Shown here piece by piece: positions 20,934 to 27,799 of a stretch of 27,799 nt of DNA. The position numbers and the translations under genes are program-made. The DNA lies in the NCBI GenBank assembly GCA_013265495.1, contig MU057700.1:713502-741300 (forward strand), read 5' to 3'. Numbering within the stretch: the first letter of the stretch is position 1; every line of letters starts with the position of its first letter. Source of the stretch: Vicugna vicugna. Lineage: Eukaryota. Below the pieces are notes generated by a model. It had not been told where the DNA came from. It made no database searches and was given only the letters and a program-made list of their open reading frames with translations.

Positions 20934-23900
20934 GGTGAATTCTTCTTTCTTTAGCTCTTCTGTCTCTCCATATACATTTTAGATTAATCTTTCTATATAA
21001 ACAAAAATATCATGCTGGGATTTTTAAATAATATTTACATTAAACGTGTATATCAGTTCGGCGGAGAATTGTCTTTACTATAATAAATCTTCCAATCCAT
21101 GAACATATTGTCTCTCTCCATTTGTTTAGATCTTCTTTGATTTCTTTCATTAGCCTTTTGTAATTTTCTGCGTACAAGTCCTGTATATGTTTTGTTAGAT
21201 TTACACCTAAGCATTTAAATTTTTTGAGCATTGGTGTTGTAGTTTCAATTTTGATGTCTGTGTGTTTGTTGTTAGTATACAGAAATGCCATTGATATATT
21301 AGCATGTTTATCTTGTATCCTGCAACCTTTTAAAAAAAATAGATTCCATGAGATGTTCTATATAGACAATCATGTGGTCTGCAAATAGGGACAGTTTAGT
21401 GTCTTTTTGATTCGTATGCCTTTTTTTTTTTTTACTTGTCTATTGCACTGGCTAAAACTTCCAGCAGTATGTTGAATAAGAGTGATGAGAGTGACATTCT
21501 TGCCTTTTTCCTGATTTTAGAGGCAACCATTCAGTCTGTCACCAGTATAATGGTAACGTATAATGGTAGTTGGAGGGTTTTGTGTATGTTATTTATCATG
21601 TTGTTCCCCTCTACTCCTGCATTTCTGGGATTTTTTAATCTTGTGTAGTTGTTGAATTTTGTGATTTTTTTTCTTTTTGCGTCAACTGATATCATCATGT
21701 GATGTTTCTTCTTTAGCCTGTTAATATGGTGGATTCTATTGAATATTGAAACATTTCTTCCTGGAATAAATCCCATGATGTATTCAACCCTCTTTACGTA
21801 TTACTGAATTATATTTGCTTATATTTTGTCACGGAATTTTGTACTTATGTTCAGGAGAAATATTGGTCTGTAGTTTTCTTTTTTAGCAATGTCTTTGTGT
21901 GATTTTGATATCAGAGAAATACTATCCTCATCAAATAAATTGGGAAATGTTCCTTCCTCTTCTATTTTGTAAAAGATATTCTGTAGAATTGGTGTTAATT
22001 GTCCATTAAGTGTTTGGTAGATTTCTCCAGTAACAACACCTAGAAATTTCTCTTTTGGGGAGTTTTTAAAATTATGAATCCAACTTCCTTAATTGTTATA
22101 GGGCTATTCAAATTATCTATTTCCCATTTGGTGAGTTATGATGGGTTTTTTTTTTTTGAGGAATTAGTCCATTGGTTGTCACATTTACTTCCAACCTGCC
22201 TATATAATTTCTTTTAGACAGTATATAGCTGGGTCATTTTAAAAAGCCATGCTGCCAATCTTTGCATTTAGACCAGATAGATTTAGTGTGATTATTGATA
22301 TATAAGACTTCAGTCTGCCTTTTAGTTTATATTTGTTCATTTTATTTCTTGGTTTTTTTGTTTGTTTGTTTTTTATCACCTGCCTTTCTTGACATTCACT
22401 ATCCTTTCTTTTGTCCCCTTCATTCTTTCTCTTTTTTAAAGCCCATACACTTAATTTTTAATTTTGGTTATTTCATTTCTCATTTCTAAAATTTCCATTT
22501 GCTAGTTCTGTGTATCTCCTGGTGTTTTTTTTTTTCTGAGCTTCTTCAGCTTTTTATTTGGTCAAATGTGTTTGAAATTGCTTGTTGAAACATTTTCATC
22601 ATGGTTGCTGTGATGTCTTTGTCAGATAACCTTAATATTCTTTCTTCTAGTCTTCCACTGATTATCTTTTTTTTCCATTCAGCTTGAGAGCTTCCTTTTT
22701 CTTGTTATGTTTGATTTTTTAGTTTGAACTTGAATATTTCCATATTACCTTAAGAGACTGTGCATCTTATTTAAATCTTCTGTTTTAGCTGGCTTTCTCT
22801 CATACTGCTCCAGTGGGGGAGTTGGAGGGTATTGCTTTTTTATTAAAAGTTGGAGGTAAAATTCCATTATGTTTCCCACTGGCTCTTCTTTGAAACCTGA
22901 GTTGGGCTCCTGAGGGAGGGTAGGAGTTCTGGTTCCCCAAATGCTCTCCACTGAATCATGGTAGGGATACCTTCATTACTACTGGATGAAGACAAATGTT
23001 CCAATTCCCTTCTTGGCCTGACACCACCTCATTGTGTTTGTGCATATGTGGTGGGGGGTTGGGGGGTAGGGGATTGAGGCACATCATTTAAGACTGGTGA
23101 GTGTGGAAATCGAGGCTTCCTGCTCAGTCTTTACTGGTGTGGGTGGGATTGGAGCCATAGTTCTTTCTGTGATATTTGTCTGGGGTATAGTGATTGTTGA
23201 CTAAAAGCTTTCCATCTTCCTAGGCTGCCCCTTTCCGGTTCTTTGGCTAGAGACAGCAGGCTTGTTTTGGGGCATTTGTTGTCTGTACCCCTTGGCATTT
23301 CCAGGTTATCATTTCCTTTAGCTCAAAATTTGGAACATAATGAAGCAAGAAGAACTGATCACTATTTTTCTCCTTGGTTCCAGGGGTCCCTAGCTGTTTA
23401 CCTTCTCTGCATCTGTCAGAGGCTTCTTTTATTTGTTTTATATATAATGTCCAAGGTTTCTAGCTGTATTTAGGAGGTGGAATAGAAGTACATCTACTCT
23501 TATCTTCTCAGATGTGGCAGTGTCCCTCCTTCTCATTTAAAAAAGAATAGTTCTTCTAGGTGCTTTAATTGATCTCATAATTTTGCTAGTGGGTACCTCC
23601 TCAAGCTTGCTCCTACGTGTATTTTACCCCATTGATCTGTGGGGGCTTCTTTATTCTCTAGTATCGTAAGTTTTTGTAATTTAATCTTATACTTTTCTTG
23701 GCCTGACTTACAATCAATCACTTTTCCAAAGATCACTGTCTACTTTCCATGGATGATTTCTGAGTATTAACTGTGCTCATTGCTACTGGGAGATTGTCTA
23801 CGCTGTTTGAGTGGCCAGAGCTAGGGAAAATACTGTTTAAAAAAACTGAGAAGAATATAATAACTTACATGTAAAATTTTAATCTTTATTTCATATTTAT

Positions 23901-24875
23901 TTCATATTTTTGAAATGCATTTATTGTAATTTGTGAACTGGTTTACAAAGTTTAATTTCAAGTGTCTATTTGTCCAATGTGATTAACTGAATACTCAATT
24001 ATTTCCTTGTTAAATAGTGTAATAAATTCTTAAATATTCTTTTCCTTTAGTGCCAATTCCAAACTAAAAAAAATTTTAATATATGCTAAGCATTACTGTT
24101 TTTTCCCCCAAAATTCTAATTTTTTGGAAATTGGAGTAAGGTTACAATGTCCTGTTGAGTAAGACAATAAAAAATTAAAAGGAAAAAGAAAAAGTCACAA
24201 AAAGTTGTTGAGATTCTGTTTGACATATTGTTATAGATTGAGTTTTCTTTCTGGGAAAGTAAAAGAAACCTGTGCCTATTCAAGATTTTTCAATGTCATA
24301 CTCCACAAAATGTCACTGTCTTTACAGGTTTTCATTTATTACTCGAAAATAAGTATTTTGTACAACTTTTGATACTATTAAGTGAAAGAACTTAATTATT
24401 ATTCTTATTGTTGGGGAAAAATAATTGGGGTTATATTTTACATGAAAATGTTTTCTGCAAGGTTAGTGACAAGACCTATCATATACGATCGCATTTCTGC
24501 AAACTATCAGAAGGTTGTACCTTTCATGGTTAAGCACACAAATCTCAGGGTGCAGATGTGAAGCTGTATTTATTGTTCCTTTCTTTTGATTTGTATTTTC
24601 AGGTTTTCCTGAAATCTTTGTATATTACTAATTCTTGGAAGCTTGTCTTGTAAAAAGTAGGATAATAAAATACAGTCATCATTATTTTCCGGTCCTGGGA
24701 GAAACCCTACTGTTCGGGTGTTTTTCATTTCCAGGGCTGGTCGCAGGTCTCCGCGTCCGGCGCTGAAGTCACCCCGCGCGTCTTCCCAAGCATCCACCGG
24801 GTCTCCTGGCGCGGGTACCGCTATGTGCTCAACCCTGCGCGCGGCCCCACCCGCCGCGGAGGAGCGTACACACCG

Positions 24876-24893
24876 CGCTGGGGCTGATGGGAA
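24876..24893 (-). promoter_or_regulatory. ZNF143/Staf binding motif
   Basis: Minus strand TTCCCATCAGCCCCAGCG matches 16 of 18 positions of the Staf consensus YWCCCRNMATSCMYYRCR. Confidence 0.6.
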
Positions 24894-24922
24894 GTTGCGC
24901 GCGGCCACGCCTCCCACCCCTG

Positions 24923-24934
24923 TGCGCATGTGTG
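24923..24934. promoter_or_regulatory. NRF1-like motif (imperfect)
   Basis: TGCGCATGTGTG versus consensus TGCGCATGCGCR; the second half looks CpG-decayed. Confidence 0.45.
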
Positions 24935-25189
24935 CTCCGCGGCGGGCGCCTGGCGCTTGGCGGCGTCCGTCGGTTGGTTGCAGTCTGTCCGGGGCCCTGC
25001 TTGGAACCGCGCGCCTGCCGGGGTGCATGGAGGTTGGAGCGCGGCCGACGCCAGCCCGTGCGGGATGGGCTTTGGGGAGGCTCGAGGGCCCCGCGCGAGG
25101 AAAGGCGGGCGGCTCGCGGCGAGAGCGCGGCGCCAGCGCGCAGACTCTGTGGCTGAGCCGCCGGCCGTCCGGAGGACTGCGGCCCTGGG

Positions 25190-25297
25190 CACGTGTCCTG
25201 GGCCTCCCAAAGCGGCCCAGCTCCGCTCCCAGCCGCGCGCCCCGAGGAAGAGCGGCCTCTTCAGCCCGCTTCTCTGCGCTCCGAGTGACGACACGTG
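25190..25297. promoter_or_regulatory. Two canonical E-boxes (CACGTG)
   Basis: CACGTG at 25190-25195 and 25292-25297 inside the CpG island. Confidence 0.4.
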
Positions 25298-25359
25298 TGA
25301 AGCGTTGAGCCTAGGGGCTCGTGATGAATGATTAAGCAGCTGTTGCTGTTATTTGGCAT

Positions 25360-25520
25360 CTCTTGAATTTTCACCACCATCTGTTTCAGCAAATAAGAAA
25401 ACCAGCCTGGAGAGATGAATGATTTACCCAAGTTCACGTAGCTAGCAGGCGAGGGAGTTGGATCTGTCGTCTAAATCAGTTGCTGCGAATGGGAAGCCAG
25501 TGCTAGGTCCTTCACAGCTC
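25360..25520 (-). mobile_element. MIR SINE fragment
   Basis: 'catctgtttcagcaaataagaaaaccagcctggagagatgaatgatttacccaagttcacgtagctag' is a degenerate MIR core. Confidence 0.75.
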
Positions 25521-27799
25521 CAAAGTGGCACAGGTCCCTTCTTGCTACTCTCAGGCGTCCTAGGCTCAAAGTCCACGGTCCAGAGTATGGGCTTCTGAAC
25601 TTCCCAGCCTGTGTGCTCAGCTTATAGAAGGTGTAGCCTGGGGAGCAACCTTCTGGAGTCAGATTGGGGGCCCTGTCTTTTGAAGATTCCAACTAAATTT
25701 TGTCCTGTATACCCGAGTCCCATTTCTCTGGAAACAAAGCAATTCTGGAGCCATAGGAGGGTAGGAAGTTAATGAACCAGAAACCCACCTGAGAAGAAAG
25801 CACCCCTGAGAACCCCCTCAGACCTCTCGCCAGAGCTTCAGAGCGGAAATGGAAGAGACCCCCTTCCCCTCAAACAGATTCTAGATTGCCAAGGCCGGGA
25901 GCAATTGTTGATCTCCCTGCCCTAAGTGAGCATGCATTCAGAGGTCACAGCTTTGTCAAGTGGAAGGTCAGGACCAGGTTTCAGCAGACAGGTGTGCTGC
26001 ACTGAGTGGTGAGTGAGGGGCGGGCCGCACCGGAAACGTCCCTTCTCCGTGGGTGCTTAGCCTGGGGGAGGGGTCTCCAGAGCTGAGGAAGTTTTATTGA
26101 ACTTCCCAAACAGCCCACGTTTCTTTTGTTTCCACTTACTTTTTCCGGATTTTGAACTGATGTGTGATGTGTAGCCATGTATTTAGTATCTTGATCTTTT
26201 TATTCTCCTATTATTCTGAACTTAGATCACACAGTGGTAGTGCAGGGAGGGTATACAAGGTTAATCTCTCTCAGCCTCATTTATAAAATGTGTGGAGCCT
26301 GAGAGGGTGATTTAATAGTTACAGATCACCTCTTTGTTTCTGATTAAGACACAAGAGTTTCTTAGTTTCTTGGTTCCCAAGATGTCTCCTATGTACAGTT
26401 AAAACAAGTTTCTTATCAAAAGGTTATGAAATTGCAATCAGGTTAGGACAGATTAAAAAAAACCTTGTACATTAAAGCATTCATTCTCTTTTTCAGAGTT
26501 TCTGTGAATTTGTTCAACTTCAAAATTTCCAGTATTCATTAATAGAAAACATAAGCATTGCAGCCTCAGTAATTCCAACCACAACAGTTTAAAGAAAACA
26601 GATCCTGTTTTAGTGTCCTGTAATGTATAATAGGTTGTATTTTAAGATTTTTGTGTGCTTCATAGACATAAATTACTAATAAAATCAGTGTTTACTTTCA
26701 CCCACTGAAAAATTGCTTGATTAATTTCTGTATGATTTGGTCTTTGGTACAGGCTCTATGTGTGGTCACTGTCAATCACAGATTGTTTTGGGTTCTGGAA
26801 CAAATCAGGCTTTTGGGGTAGGAGAAGTCGAGGCTACTTTTAGGAGAAAACAATGCAAAGCTGGAAGAGATATGCAGTAGTCAGGAGACAGCCTGAGGGG
26901 GAAACATGTGGTGCTCATGGGCACCTGGGCAGGAGCTGGAAGAAGGGGGAAGACGGCCTGCATTTGGGGCGCAGGGAGGGAGAAGGCAGGGAAGAGGGCC
27001 CACCCCTGTGCAGGGGACAAGGTCCTGATACTGGGGGTGAGTGAGAAAGGTGAGGACCAAGAGCAGACAAGAAAGTGGACCTGGGGGGTCGAGGGTGGGG
27101 ATCCGCCCTGTGAGCAGGAACAAACCCAGGCTGGCGGCTTCCTCCCTCTCAGGAAGGGCTGCTGTGGCTTCTCTGTGCCCCACACTGACTGTCAGGGGAG
27201 ACGTGGGGCTGGCCCTCCAGCTGCTATTGAAGATCCCAGGAGGGAGCAGTGGGTAGGACCATGGACAGAGGCAGGATGGGGGCAGTGGGGGGCGGGGGGC
27301 CCTCGGTGGGTGCACGGGAGAGCAGTGCGGGGGTTTGAGGGGAGCAAAGCTGGGCAGAGATGGTGGGTTTTTTCTTCCTCACATGGACCACCCGGAGCCT
27401 TCTCCATCCCTGCCGTCTCTTGCCCCCGCCGGGCTGGGATCACAGTCACCAGGATGGGCTCAGCACCTCCCAGGGAAGGAAGTGTCCTCAGGCCCCCTCC
27501 TCCTTGAGGATCTGGTCACCCATCTCAGGGGCCACAAGGACAATGCAGTGAGCGCTCTCCCTCCCTCACTGAGCAGACTTCGGCTAGCACAGCAGGAGCT
27601 GGGGGCACTTCCGGGTTGCTTAATGGTGGTGAGATCATGGCTCAGAAATATTTGTTCCTGACCTGTGTGAGGTTGTTTGTAACTTAGTTTGTTTTCACTC
27701 ATCTGGTCATTGGCCAGTGAAACCCAAGCTACTGCGGCCAGCATCCAGAATCCTGGGCCCGGTCCAAGTGGAAGACCGTGGTGCTGGGACCCAAGTGAC

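Larger units (their letters stand above)
19005..23530 (-). mobile_element. Fragmented L1MC/L1MD-type LINE, antisense (3'UTR, ORF2, ORF1/5'UTR), with nested insertions
   Basis: Minus-strand ORFs 21040-21291 (AFLYTNN..KCLGVNLTKHIQDLYAENYKRLMKEIKEDLNKWRE..CSWIGR) and 21531-21776 (GFIPG..IHHINRLKKKHHMMISVDAK) are L1 ORF2 reverse-transcriptase relics. Confidence 0.9.
24700..25330. promoter_or_regulatory. CpG island, probable TATA-less promoter of an unidentified transcript
   Basis: Abrupt switch to very GC- and CpG-rich sequence for about 600 bp, with ZNF143, NRF1-like, GC/GT-box and E-box motifs. Confidence 0.85.

Noticed and set aside
24200..24715. Possible old DNA transposon next to the CpG island
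   Set aside because: AT-rich and suggestive, but I could not find paired TIRs or a TSD.
24570..25331. Overlapping 89-196 aa ORFs on both strands
   Set aside because: Ala/Arg/Pro/Gly-rich ORFs expected from stop-codon scarcity in a CpG island; no recognisable domain.
26140..26220. C/D-box snoRNA-like 'tgatgtgtgatg...ctga'
   Set aside because: No true RUGAUGA C box and no terminal stem.
26805..27744. ORFs up to 199 aa in the GC-rich end
   Set aside because: Low-complexity translations overlapping in several frames, with no family resemblance or convincing exon structure.

Overview
Mammalian, not prokaryotic, genomic DNA. The tRNA-derived SINEs and young L1 3' ends point to a camelid (alpaca, llama or camel). 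I find no intact protein-coding gene. Positions 1-24.7 kb are AT-rich and repeat-dense (L1, L2, SINE, LTR, DNA transposons). This part holds two pseudogenes. One is a dead KRAB zinc-finger gene of the ZNF33/ZNF37/ZNF248/ZNF487 clade, most like ZNF487, with KRAB-A, KRAB-B and last exons on the + strand and no intact C2H2 array. The other is a processed MESD (MESDC2) pseudogene with a perfect 12-bp target-site duplication, nested in an old L1. At 24.7-25.3 kb there is a CpG-island promoter with ZNF143/NRF1/E-box motifs, followed by GC-richer non-coding sequence. The most unusual signals are: a 25-nt retroposed, poly(A)-tailed, CCA-bearing tRNA-Phe 3' fragment with an A>T change at the m1A58 position; an apparent AT>GC substitution bias in the MESD retrocopy; an L1 that jumps from the inter-ORF region directly to the 3'UTR; and a perfect 17-bp inverted repeat. 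All family names come from recalled consensus or protein sequences, not database searches, and boundaries of old repeats are approximate.
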